A stretch of 64,000 bases of DNA. Origin: a virus. The translations under genes and the position numbers were made by a program. Of this stretch, positions 7,017 to 16,123 are shown one piece after another; the first letter of the stretch is position 1, and every line of letters begins with the position of its first letter. The notes under the pieces are model-generated. The model worked only from the letters and a program-made list of their open reading frames with translations. It had not been told where the DNA came from and did not search any database. The stretch spans positions 1 through 64,000 of the IMG/VR virus record IMGVR_UViG_3300043632_000006. One strand, written 5' to 3'.

Positions 7017-7379
7017 GTGTCCATGAACTTCAAGTGGCTTCCGGGGAAGGTCGGGACGCCGGTCACCGTGACGGTTCCGGTCCCACCTTCCCCGTCGTCG
7101 GCGCCTGACGCCCCTTCGGCTCCAGATGCCCCCTCTGCGCCGAACGCTCCATCGGCCCCGACAATTACGGGAGTCGTCGTCCCGCCAGCCGTCGATACGG
7201 TGCTCCGGGGAGTGCATTCGACGTGGGAGGCCTCCCTCGCCGCCCTCCTCGTCGGTGCCCTCGCGCTCGTAGGCGTTCATCTCCCGCTAGCGGCGACGAT
7301 CATCATCACCGGGCTCCTTACCGGCGCAGCTGCGGTAGCCAGGTCGGTCCTCGCCCGGAAGACGGGGGCCAAGGCGTGA
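7017..7379 (+). CDS. Membrane protein with APDAPS repeats
   Basis: 120 aa; 18-nt tandem repeat 7101-7160 (APDAPS APDAPS APNAPS AP); two C-terminal hydrophobic helices (holin-like topology, unproven). Confidence 0.6.
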   Translation: MSMNFKWLPGKVGTPVTVTVPVPPSPSSAPDAPSAPDAPSAPNAPSAPTITGVVVPPAVDTVLRGVHSTWEASLAALLVGALALVGVHLPLAATIIITGLLTGAAAVARSVLARKTGAKA

Positions 7380-7510
7380 GGCTCGCCATGACGCTGCTCG
7401 CCCGGTTCCTGCGCTGGTGGAGGTGCATGCGGGACTGGCTCGTCTGGGGCCATACCACAGCGGACCTGCTGGCGGAACTAGACGCCTACCGACTCGGAGA
7501 GGAGCACTGA
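7376..7510 (+). CDS. Possible 44-aa protein
   Basis: GTGA overlap; alt ATG 7388. Confidence 0.3.
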   Translation: MRLAMTLLARFLRWWRCMRDWLVWGHTTADLLAELDAYRLGEEH

Positions 7511-7535
7511 CACGCTAGAGATCCTGCGCTTCGCC

Positions 7536-7847
7536 TTGGAGCACATCACCGGGCACGAGGCCCGCATCAAACGACTGGAGGAACGAATGGCAACGCTCGA
7601 AGAGGAAGAGGCTCGCCTGACCGCCGACGTAGCCGCAGCAGGCATCGACCGAGACGAACTACGTCAGCACGTGACCGCCCTGGAGGCTGCCGCCGCCGAC
7701 CCGAACGCCTCCCCGGCCGTTCAGGCCGCCGCCGCCTTCATGTCCAAGATGGCCGACACGTTGGAAGCCCAAGCCGCCCCGGCCACGCCACCACCCGCCC
7801 CACCCGCTCCAGCCCCGGCCGACGTTCTTCCACCCGCTACGCCATAG
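7536..7847 (+). CDS. Coiled-coil / Pro-Ala-rich hypothetical protein
   Basis: 103-aa ORF (non-ATG start). Confidence 0.5.
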   Translation: MEHITGHEARIKRLEERMATLEEEEARLTADVAAAGIDRDELRQHVTALEAAAADPNASPAVQAAAAFMSKMADTLEAQAAPATPPPAPPAPAPADVLPPATP

Positions 7848-7862
7848 GAAGGGAAACGGCCG

Positions 7863-9093
7863 ATGGCACAGCCCATCTGGCAGTCCCGTATCGTCGGGGA
7901 AGGCGAGGAGGATCCTGAGGCCCTCCTCGCGAACCCCTTCAACTTCCGTGTCCATCCCAAGCCTCAGCAGGCGGCGCTCAACGGTGCTCTGAACGAACTC
8001 GGCTGGATCCAGCGGGTACTGGTGAACCGCACGACCGGGCATGTCGTAGACGGGCATCTTCGGATCGAACTGGCCCTGAGCACCCATCAGCCGACCGTCC
8101 CAGTGTCCTACGTGGAGCTATCCGAGGACGAGGAGAAGCTGGCGCTCCTGACGCTCGACCCCATCGCGGCGATGGCAGCCAGCGACAGGGAGGCCTTGGA
8201 GGCGCTGCTCGCTGACGTGCGGACCGAAGACCCGGCGCTGAGCGCCATGCTGGACGATCTGGCCAAGGGGGCAGGGATCGGGCTGGGCGGGCCGCTGGAG
8301 GACGACGATGCGCCCGTAGATCAGGCCGCTGAGCTACTGGAGAAGTGGGGTGTCGTCAGGGGTCAAGTCTGGGAGGTCGGACGCCACCGGATTCTGTGCG
8401 GGGACTCCACGAGCGAACAAGATGTCAAGCTTCTGCTGGACGGTGACGAGCCTCGACTGTGTGTAACCGATCCGCCCTACGGCGTGGACTACGACCCATC
8501 ATGGCGCTCAGAGGCAGCGAAGAACGGCCACCTCGCCTACGCGGCTCGGCGCGTAGGCGAGGTGGCCAACGATGACCGATCAGACTGGACGGACACGTTC
8601 AAGCTGGCTCCGAGCAAGGTGATCTACTGTTGGGCCCCGCCGGGGCCCAACAGTTTCGAGTTCGTCAATAGCCTCGGAGCAGCGGGGTTCGAAGTCCGCA
8701 TGCAGATGATCTGGGCCAAATCCAACTTCCCGATTTCTAGGGGCCACTACCACATTCGGCATGAGCCCTGCTGGGTATGCGGTGAGGAAAGGCGAGACGG
8801 CAGCATGGATCGGTGGCCGTGACCAGACCACCCTCTGGGAGATCAACCTTGACCACAACGTGGAGGGAGGCCACTCCACCCAGAAGCCGCTGGAGTGCAT
8901 GGCCCGACCGATCCGAAACCACGAAGGCGACGTCTACGACCCCTTCCTCGGTTCAGGGACGACGCTGGTGGCCGCCGAGCAGCTAGGGCGCAGGGCCTTC
9001 GGTATGGAGATCGAGCCGAAGTACGTTGCGGTATCTCTGGAGCGTCTCGCCAACCTCGGCCTCACGCCGAAGCTTCTGACGGCAGCGCCATGA
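7863..9093 (+). pseudogene. ParB-like nuclease domain / beta-class N4-N6 DNA methyltransferase fusion, interrupted by a +1 frameshift
   Basis: ORF 7863-8822 (ParB-like NPFNFRVHP...VDGHLRIELA; motif IV CVTDPPYGV) continues in ORF 8761-9093 (motif I DPFLGSGTT). ...HEPCW | YAVRKGETAAW joins if one G of GGG 8773-8775 is removed. Confidence 0.75.
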
Positions 9094-9590
9094 ACGACCG
9101 GCCCCTCTCCGTTGTCAAGCCCCAAAGCAATAAGGAAGACGGCCGCGGCGGATCTCCCTCGCCCTCCAGCGTGCGCCGCGCCAAGGCAGCCGAGCGCCAG
9201 CGCCAGGTCGTGGCTCTCCGTCTCCACGGCCATACGTTCCAGGCCATCGCGGAGCGTCTCGGCTACAAGACGGCCTGGAGCGCCCAGCAGGCGTTCACGG
9301 CCGGTCTGGAGCGCTGGGGCCAGCAGGACGTAGCCGAGTACCGGGCAGTCGAGATCGCCCGACTGGACTCCTATCTCGCCTCCATCGCCCCCCAGGTAGC
9401 CAAGGGCAGCCTCTTCGCCATCGACCGTGCCGTGAAGATCAGCGAGCGCCGCTCCAAACTCCTCGGGCTTGATGCCCCCACACGTCTGACCATCACCGAT
9501 GAGGCTCTCGAAGCCGAGCGGGAGAAGCTCAAGGGGGAGGTCGTCCATCTCCGCTCAATCGCAGGAGGCACGACGTCTTCAGCTACTTGA
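9090..9590 (+). CDS. Terminase small subunit (putative)
   Basis: 166 aa from ATG 9090 (ATGA overlap); HTH VVALRLHGHTFQAIAERLGY; immediately upstream of the large subunit. Confidence 0.6.
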   Translation: MNDRPLSVVKPQSNKEDGRGGSPSPSSVRRAKAAERQRQVVALRLHGHTFQAIAERLGYKTAWSAQQAFTAGLERWGQQDVAEYRAVEIARLDSYLASIAPQVAKGSLFAIDRAVKISERRSKLLGLDAPTRLTITDEALEAEREKLKGEVVHLRSIAGGTTSSAT

Positions 9591-11088
9591 CGAGGTCGCG
9601 GGGCTCCGTGCCGAGAAACAGGCGCTCCTTGCCGCCATCGAAGCCTCGAAGTGGAGCGAATACCGCCAGGCCCCGGCGCGCTGGATCCGGGACGTCCTGC
9701 GGGAGAAGCTCTGGCGGCTCCAAGAGGAGATCGCAGACGCCCTCTTCGAGCACCGCCGCGTCGTCGTCTCGTCGTGCTTCTCGTCCGGTAAAACTTTCCT
9801 GGGCGGAAGGCTTGTCGCCCACTGGATCTCGACCGACCCCGCGGCGATCGCCATCACCACGGCCTCTGTGGGCCGCTCCGTCCGCAAGCAGCTGTGGGGG
9901 GAGATCCGCCAGCTTCACGGCCGCTACGCCCTCGCCGGCCGTCTGGGAGGCGTGGACGATGCAGGCAGCCTCGAATCGCTCCCCGGGCAGCTTCTCCCCA
10001 AGGCGGCGGAGTGGAACATCTCGCCCTCCAACTTCGCCCTCGGGTTCAGCACGAAGGACCCCAACAAGTTCGCCGGCTGGCACGGTGGCCGCGTCTTGCT
10101 AGTTCTGGACGAGGCCGAGGGTATCCCCGAGGGGCTCTGGGACATCATGGAGGGCCAGCTCGCCTCAGCGGACGTGGCCGTGCTCGCCATCGGAAACCCC
10201 GACCCGTCGGGCATCGGGGGAGGCTTCGAGCGCGCGGCTCGCTCCCCGCTCTGGCACCACATCACCATCAGCGCCTTCGACACTCCCAACCTTGTGGCAG
10301 GACGCGACGACGTGATGCCCAACCTCGTGACCTGCCGCTGGGTGGAGGAGATGCGCCAGGCCGGTGGGGACTGGTCGGACGGGGATGGGGATCCGGCCAA
10401 GGCGGGCCCGCTGTGGAAGACGAAGGTGCTCGGACAGTTCGTAGAGGGCTCCGGCGCCAAGCATGTCGTCCTCCTGGCCTGGTTCGAGCGGGCCGAGAAG
10501 GCGAGCAGTCTCGCAGCGGTCAACGACGAGCCGCAGGCCGGCCTCGACATCGCGAGATTCGGGGGGGACGACAGCGCCGTCGCCATCCGCCAGGGCCCCG
10601 TCGTGCTCCATCTCGAGCGCATCCACGGCTTCGACGGCGTGCAGGTCGGGTCATGGGCCATAGAGCGGATGCGGCGCCACGGCTGCCGGCGGGTCAACGG
10701 CGACTCCACGGGCCTCGGCGGGCCCGTGCTGGACGTCATGCGCCAGACGCCGGGGATCCACGTCAACGACGTCAACGCCGGGGAACGGGCCAAGGACCCC
10801 GAGAAGTTCGTCCGCCGGCGGGACGAGCTCTGGTGGGGGCTACGGGAGCGCATGGAGGAGAACCGCATCAACTTGGCGCGTCTGGACGGTCCTACCCGGG
10901 CACGCCTGCGGGCTCAGGTCTGCTCCATCACGTACGACTACCGGCTCGGGGGGCGCATCGAAGTCGAGTCGAAAGAGTCCCTCAAGCGCCGTGGCCTGCC
11001 CTCGCCCGACGACGCCGACGCCCTGTGCCTCTCGCTCCTGAGCAGCCACAAGGGCAGTACCAACTTGGCGTCTCTCATGAGCGGTTGA
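9499..11088 (+). CDS. Terminase large subunit
   Basis: Walker A-like VVSSCFSSGKTF, Walker B LLVLDEAEG, C-terminal nuclease-like GLDIARFGGDDSAVA...PDDADAL; start uncertain (ATG 9499 overlaps upstream gene by 92 nt). Confidence 0.85.
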   Translation: MRLSKPSGRSSRGRSSISAQSQEARRLQLLDEVAGLRAEKQALLAAIEASKWSEYRQAPARWIRDVLREKLWRLQEEIADALFEHRRVVVSSCFSSGKTFLGGRLVAHWISTDPAAIAITTASVGRSVRKQLWGEIRQLHGRYALAGRLGGVDDAGSLESLPGQLLPKAAEWNISPSNFALGFSTKDPNKFAGWHGGRVLLVLDEAEGIPEGLWDIMEGQLASADVAVLAIGNPDPSGIGGGFERAARSPLWHHITISAFDTPNLVAGRDDVMPNLVTCRWVEEMRQAGGDWSDGDGDPAKAGPLWKTKVLGQFVEGSGAKHVVLLAWFERAEKASSLAAVNDEPQAGLDIARFGGDDSAVAIRQGPVVLHLERIHGFDGVQVGSWAIERMRRHGCRRVNGDSTGLGGPVLDVMRQTPGIHVNDVNAGERAKDPEKFVRRRDELWWGLRERMEENRINLARLDGPTRARLRAQVCSITYDYRLGGRIEVESKESLKRRGLPSPDDADALCLSLLSSHKGSTNLASLMSG

Positions 11089-11164
11089 GCGCGATGGTAG
11101 ACACGAGGGGCGAGGCGACACTAAACTTCGCATATTCCTTGAACACTGAGGGGCAGGAGAGCGC

Positions 11165-11419
11165 GTGGCGGATGCGGTAATCACCCCTCAGATGGCTATC
11201 GCCCTCTTGGCGACCGTGGCCGACAGCAGGGACCTCCTCGAAGCCGATTCGGGCCGCGTCATGACCCCTCCCCGCCGTCTCCACCTCCTGGCGATGATGG
11301 CTGACTGTGAGGGCATTCTGGAGACGGACCGCCAGCGGATAGCCGACGAGGAGCGCCAGCAGGAGGCGACACAGCGCAAGCCTGGGAGGTCCGCACTGGC
11401 TCCTGAGCCGCCCTCCTGA
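11165..11419 (+). CDS. Hypothetical protein (84 aa)
   Basis: GTG start with RBS aggaga. Confidence 0.5.
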   Translation: MADAVITPQMAIALLATVADSRDLLEADSGRVMTPPRRLHLLAMMADCEGILETDRQRIADEERQQEATQRKPGRSALAPEPPS

Positions 11420-11751
11420 TGACTACGGTGCAGGTTCCTCCAGCAATTACCTGCGAGAGTTGGGCCGCATGTCCCCTCAAGGGCACTCGGTACTGTTGCG
11501 GCGGCACCAAGGACGGCCCCCTGCCCGGTGCCGAAGCCGAAGTGGAACGTTACCTACATCTCCACCAAGCGTTTCAAGCTGTTGCCGAGGTGTTCCGGAA
11601 GCAGGGTGTGGACGAGGTTGGCTATGAGCCGAACAGGCGATGGACTGAGGATGCCTCCAAGGATGTGCTCCTAGCTCTGGCGCCGTTCTTGTTCCCTGGT
11701 TGCGAACAAGCAATACGGGAGTTGCGTCTCTCTGCCGAGTCCACCTCCTGA
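11419..11751 (+). CDS. Hypothetical protein (110 aa)
   Basis: TGATG-type overlaps at both ends. Confidence 0.55.
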   Translation: MTTVQVPPAITCESWAACPLKGTRYCCGGTKDGPLPGAEAEVERYLHLHQAFQAVAEVFRKQGVDEVGYEPNRRWTEDASKDVLLALAPFLFPGCEQAIRELRLSAESTS

Positions 11752-14306
11752 TGGCGAGCGACAACGCTCTTGCCGTAGCCCTCTCCCGTCCGAGCAACGC
11801 CCTCGTCTCACCGCGCCCGAACGGCCGCATCCTGACGCCTGTGGTTCGCCACCCGACGGTCATCGCCAGCGCCGCCCCGATGGCGATCAACACATCTGCG
11901 GCGATGGACCTACGGCAGACCCGGCAGGCATACCAGCACAGGGCGTGGCAGTACTTCCGCACCATCGGCATCGTCTGGTACGCAGCTGTCTTCTCCGCCA
12001 ACGCCATCTCCGGAGTCAAGATCTTCCCGGCCGAAATCGCCGGTCCCCGTCAGGCCCCGAACCCCATAGACGACGTGAACTCGCTCCAGCAGGTCGTCTT
12101 GGACGACATGGCGGAGGGATTCTCGGGTCTCGCGCTCGGCCACGGCCCCATGCTCGCCTCCCTGACGCTGCATGACCTAGTCCCCGGTGAATGCTTCTGG
12201 TACGGCACCACGGACCCCGAGACCGGCAGGAACCGCCACGAAATCCTCTCCACGGAGGAGCTAGAGCCCGGTCCCAGCGGTTTTCAGATCCGCAGGACCC
12301 CTGGCGAGCCTCCTGAGCCCATCTTGGAGAAGGGGACCCTGTTGGCGCAGATGTGGACGCCTGATCCGGTGTTCAAGAAATTCGCCACGTCTCCCATGCT
12401 CTGCCAGTCCGACACGCTTGAGCCGTTATGGCTCCTGACCCAGTCGATTATCGCGGCGGCGAAGTCCCGCCTGTGGTCGTCAAAGATCATGACCCTCCCC
12501 TCGGAGCTCGATATCGAAGGAACAATTGGCCCTGACGGAGAACCGACCAAGTTTGAGGATGAACTCCTGCAGGGCGCAAAGACAGCGATCAAGACGCCGA
12601 ATAGTCCAGCCGCCTGGTTCCCGCTCATCATCAAAGGCAAGTCGGACTACCTGAAACCCGAGTTCCTGCGGACGGTGGACCTCTTCAAGGACATGCCAAA
12701 GGAGATCCGGGACCAGATCACGGAACTTCGCTCCCAGTTTGCCCACGACTACCCCCTGCCGACGGAACTCCTGACCGGGCTGGGCGACATGACACATTGG
12801 AACGCTTGGATCGTGGACTCCATGACCTGGCCGCACCTCCGCCCCATCGTGGAGCGGATCCTGGCCAACTTGACCATGAGCGTCTACCGGACGCTGCTTA
12901 TCACGGGAGGAATGGATCCACGAGAAGTACGCCGCCAGGTGCTCTGGTACGACGAATCGCTGGTGGTCTCAAAGCCGGACCTCTCGGCAGCGGCCACAAC
13001 CGGGCTGCAGGCGGGCATTGTGGCTCCCCACGCTTGGCTCAGGGCCAATGGGTTTGACCCCGAGTCGGATTATCCGGATGAGACCGAGAGGGCGCGGATG
13101 TTCGGTGAGCGATGGGGCGACCCCGGCCTGGCCTCCGCCGGTGGGGATCCCGAAATCTGGGCCAAGGCAACAGGCCGTATCGCCACCCGAGTGACCGAAG
13201 AGGAGAAGGGCATCCCCGGAGAGGGCCCGGTCGCGGAAAACGCCCCCGAGCGCCCGACATCCGGAGCACCTGTCCCCGGTCCACCCAAGTCGGGCCCACC
13301 GGCGCCTACTGCTGCCCCGCCAGCCGTCACGCCTACCCCGGCAACTCCCGCCGTGGCTGCCTCGGGCAACGGCCACGCCCGATCGGGAACCTTCGCCGCG
13401 CGCTCGCACATGAACGGCAAGCTGGATCGCAAGCGGGCAAAGCTCAAGGCGCTCGGGCGCAGGCTGGGCGCCGTGGATCGGTCCCTCCTCCAGCGCATCT
13501 CCGTCCTGGCCGACGAGAGGCTGCATGCCGTCGTCAAGACTGCAGGCAACAAGCTCCGCTCCGCTGCCCAGGGCCGCCCCCTGCTGGCCGCCAGCATCCG
13601 AGGCGTGGAGCCGCTCTATGTCCCCCGCATGCTCGGGCCGGCCAATGCCCACCAGCTGGGGCTGGACGAAACGCTCCTGATCGACCAGGCCGCCCGCTCG
13701 TTCTCCCGGACGGCAGCGCCGTGGCTCTCCGATGCCCAGTACGCCGTTATCCAGCGCATCGCTGAGGCCACGGACCAGGATCCTGAGGAACTGGCCGCGC
13801 AGGTAGCCGATGGCGGCGCCGACTGGCTCACCGCGGCCACGGATGCCCTGACGGCAGGGTTCCTGACCGAAGCGGGCCGGTTCCTGTTCGATCCATCGTC
13901 GCCCACGGGCCCGGGCGAGATGCCTAGCCTCGTGGCCCCACGGGGTGCCATCCGGGATGCCTTGGCGCTCATGGGAGGCGGGGATCCGTCCCAGACGCCG
14001 AGCCCGGGGTTGGGTTGGGGGCCGATGGCTCAGGATGCTCTCGGCGAGGGCGGAGCAGCGGTGGACGGCTGGACGTGGGTCTACACAGACCTGGCGCGTA
14101 CCACCTTTCCGGGGCATCTGATGCTGGACGGAATCGAGTTCACCTCGTGGGATGACGACCAGTTGGCTACGCAGCCTGAGGACTCATGGATCGGGGATTT
14201 CGCGTATCCGGGGGACCATGACGGCTGCGCCTGCCTAGTGGAACCACTGGTGACTTCGCTTGATGGTGCTGACCTCTCTGGGGACCTGATCGGAGCCGAA
14301 GCGTGA
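11751..14306 (+). CDS. Portal protein fused to MuF-like head morphogenesis domain
   Basis: 851 aa from ATG 11751; position after terminase; Pro-rich linker; C-terminal ...TTFPGHLMLDGIEFTSW...FAYPGDHDGCACLVEPL resembles SPP1 gp7/Mu F family ends. Confidence 0.7.
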   Translation: MASDNALAVALSRPSNALVSPRPNGRILTPVVRHPTVIASAAPMAINTSAAMDLRQTRQAYQHRAWQYFRTIGIVWYAAVFSANAISGVKIFPAEIAGPRQAPNPIDDVNSLQQVVLDDMAEGFSGLALGHGPMLASLTLHDLVPGECFWYGTTDPETGRNRHEILSTEELEPGPSGFQIRRTPGEPPEPILEKGTLLAQMWTPDPVFKKFATSPMLCQSDTLEPLWLLTQSIIAAAKSRLWSSKIMTLPSELDIEGTIGPDGEPTKFEDELLQGAKTAIKTPNSPAAWFPLIIKGKSDYLKPEFLRTVDLFKDMPKEIRDQITELRSQFAHDYPLPTELLTGLGDMTHWNAWIVDSMTWPHLRPIVERILANLTMSVYRTLLITGGMDPREVRRQVLWYDESLVVSKPDLSAAATTGLQAGIVAPHAWLRANGFDPESDYPDETERARMFGERWGDPGLASAGGDPEIWAKATGRIATRVTEEEKGIPGEGPVAENAPERPTSGAPVPGPPKSGPPAPTAAPPAVTPTPATPAVAASGNGHARSGTFAARSHMNGKLDRKRAKLKALGRRLGAVDRSLLQRISVLADERLHAVVKTAGNKLRSAAQGRPLLAASIRGVEPLYVPRMLGPANAHQLGLDETLLIDQAARSFSRTAAPWLSDAQYAVIQRIAEATDQDPEELAAQVADGGADWLTAATDALTAGFLTEAGRFLFDPSSPTGPGEMPSLVAPRGAIRDALALMGGGDPSQTPSPGLGWGPMAQDALGEGGAAVDGWTWVYTDLARTTFPGHLMLDGIEFTSWDDDQLATQPEDSWIGDFAYPGDHDGCACLVEPLVTSLDGADLSGDLIGAEA

Positions 14307-14833
14307 GCCAAACCGAACCTCGCACCTACCGGGCCCCAGGTGATCCTCCCCTCCTCTGTGCCTTCTGCCGGATCGTTCACGGCGAACACGCTGAGGGTGA
14401 CCCAGTCCCCTTGGTCGTCGGAGACTTTCCCCACGCGCTGGCGTTCGTCCCACTCGCTCCCGCTGCTTGGGGCCATACGCTGGTCATCCCAAAGCGCCAT
14501 GTTGAGTCACTAGGGGAACTCCGCCCTGGCTACTTAGTAGAGGCGGTGCTGACGGCAGTGCAGAGGATGGATGCGCGGCTTCGGGGAGCGCTCAACCCTG
14601 ACGGCATGAACCTCATCCAGTCCACAGGAGCGGCAGCAGGCCAGACCGTGCCTCATCTCCATTTCCACCTCGTGCCCCGCTGGGACGACGACCACCTTGG
14701 CGACCTGTGGGCTAAGGGTCGGGAGCGGTGGAATGGCTACCGAGGCAATGAGACCTGGGATCAGCGGCGGGCACGTATGGCTGAGGCGCTCAAAACTGCT
14801 GACCCTGAGTCCCTACGTGGAGTCGAAGCGTGA
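14303..14833 (+). CDS. HIT-family (histidine triad) nucleotide hydrolase/transferase
   Basis: 176 aa; histidine triad TVPHLHFHLVPRWDDD; GTGA overlap with portal gene. Confidence 0.8.
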   Translation: MSQTEPRTYRAPGDPPLLCAFCRIVHGEHAEGDPVPLVVGDFPHALAFVPLAPAAWGHTLVIPKRHVESLGELRPGYLVEAVLTAVQRMDARLRGALNPDGMNLIQSTGAAAGQTVPHLHFHLVPRWDDDHLGDLWAKGRERWNGYRGNETWDQRRARMAEALKTADPESLRGVEA

Positions 14834-15027
14834 TCGGCCAGGGCGCTGTCCCCAGCCACCTCCATGTCGTCGTGGAATCCACGGGTGACCGATGTACATT
14901 TTTCCCGCATTATCTGTCCACTTCGTGTCTCCATGAATGCCATGACCAGTGCAAGGGCAAATGCAAGTTCTGCGAGGAGCGCTGCCGGTGCGACTGCCAC
15001 AAGGAAGCGGTGGGAGCCGAGACGTGA
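14830..15027 (+). CDS. Cys/His-rich small protein
   Basis: 65 aa; CLHECHDQCKGKCKFCEERCRCDCH. Confidence 0.5.
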   Translation: MIGQGAVPSHLHVVVESTGDRCTFFPHYLSTSCLHECHDQCKGKCKFCEERCRCDCHKEAVGAET

Positions 15028-15125
15028 GGCGAACCGTGATCGACCTCGCTCTGGCCGGGGTCTACCTAGGCGCGCTGGTTGGCCTGTTCCTCCTGCTGAG
15101 ACCTCCGAGGCCGCCCGATGATTGA
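15024..15125 (+). CDS. Possible 33-aa membrane peptide
   Basis: GTGA overlap; LALAGVYLGALVGLFLLL. Confidence 0.3.
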   Translation: MRRTVIDLALAGVYLGALVGLFLLLRPPRPPDD

Positions 15126-15291
15126 GAGCGGGATCTACCGGACCTTTGAGGACGCTGCGGAGTGGTGGCAGCCCATACCGCTCTCGCCGTTGCTGCTCCT
15201 ACAGCCGACATGGATCCCTCCTAGCCGGTTACTACATCCGATGCGCCGCACTCTGAATCCGTGGCTGGCGCTCTGGCGCTTTGAGCCATGA
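15118..15291 (+). CDS. Possible 57-aa protein
   Basis: ATG 15118, stop in ATGA overlap with ATG 15288; fills a gap in a coupled gene chain. Confidence 0.35.
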   Translation: MIESGIYRTFEDAAEWWQPIPLSPLLLLQPTWIPPSRLLHPMRRTLNPWLALWRFEP

Positions 15292-15701
15292 GCCGCCTCG
15301 ACGCCATCCGGGAGGCGCGCACCTTCGAGGAGCTGTACGCCCTCATTCCGTCCCCACGAGGCTGCACCAGGCAATGCGCCGCCTCCTGTGGTCCCATAGG
15401 CTTCTCTACCGAGGAGGGACGCCGCTTGGATGCCGCAGGCTGCCACATCCCGAACATCCACGAACGGGACATCCTGGCTGTGGAGACCTGTCCGGCGCTG
15501 GTCGACGGGCGCTGCTCTGTGTACGAATCAAGGCCCACGCTCTGCCGGGTCTGGGGGGCATGCGAGCCTATGCCGTGCCCGTACCTCGGGTGCTCGGTTC
15601 TCGACCCGCTGACCACGGAGGAGACCGAGGCGGTGTCGTGGCGAGCCTTCGAGTTGGGCGGCATGCCGGGAGTCATTGAGTGGGGAGGGGTGCTGCGGTG
15701 A
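15288..15701 (+). CDS. YkgJ/UPF0153-type Cys-cluster (zinc/iron-chelating) protein
   Basis: 137 aa; CTRQCAASCGP ... CPALVDGRCSVYESRPTLCRVW. Confidence 0.55.
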   Translation: MSRLDAIREARTFEELYALIPSPRGCTRQCAASCGPIGFSTEEGRRLDAAGCHIPNIHERDILAVETCPALVDGRCSVYESRPTLCRVWGACEPMPCPYLGCSVLDPLTTEETEAVSWRAFELGGMPGVIEWGGVLR

Positions 15702-16123
15702 ACCTCGTCGTGCCGCCGATCCGCAATCAGGATCAGGAGACGCCCGAGCGGGCCCGGGTTGGTCCCTACTACCTCTGCTGGGAGAAGGACGAGCACGGGA
15801 CCGCGTGCGATATGCGAGCGGGTCATTATGGCGACCACACCTGGCAGTTACGGGCCGAGAGGGGTACTGCGATGAGCGACGTGCAGAAACCCGTCCTGAC
15901 GGAGCTTGAGACCCGATTCACCTATCACCCTCCCCAGTCGTGGCAGATCCCCTTCTACGAGGAGATGCGGGTCCGAGGGTTCACCCTTGCCGAGTGGATC
16001 GACCAGCGCCTACCCGACTGCCGTGAGAAGTCCCTTGCTCTGACCAGCATCGAACAGGCCATCATGTGGGCCAACGCGGGCATGGCTCGCCGCGGCACGA
16101 AACCGGAGGAGGATCACCCATGA
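15698..16123 (+). CDS. Hypothetical protein (alt start ATG 15872)
   Basis: GTGA overlap; C-terminal TYHPP...REKSLALTSIEQAIMWANAGMAR looks like a conserved phage family I cannot name. Confidence 0.55.
   Translation: MNLVVPPIRNQDQETPERARVGPYYLCWEKDEHGTACDMRAGHYGDHTWQLRAERGTAMSDVQKPVLTELETRFTYHPPQSWQIPFYEEMRVRGFTLAEWIDQRLPDCREKSLALTSIEQAIMWANAGMARRGTKPEEDHP

Noticed and set aside
9894-11180. 428-aa plus-strand ORF overlapping the terminase large subunit gene
   Set aside because: The translation is Arg/Pro/Gly-rich and low-complexity, as is typical of off-frame ORFs in high-GC DNA. The overlapping frame carries clear terminase motifs.
12969-14117. 382-aa minus-strand ORF antisense to the portal gene
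   Set aside because: Same GC artefact (Arg/Gly/Pro-rich). It has no RBS or coupling context, and the sense frame is well supported.
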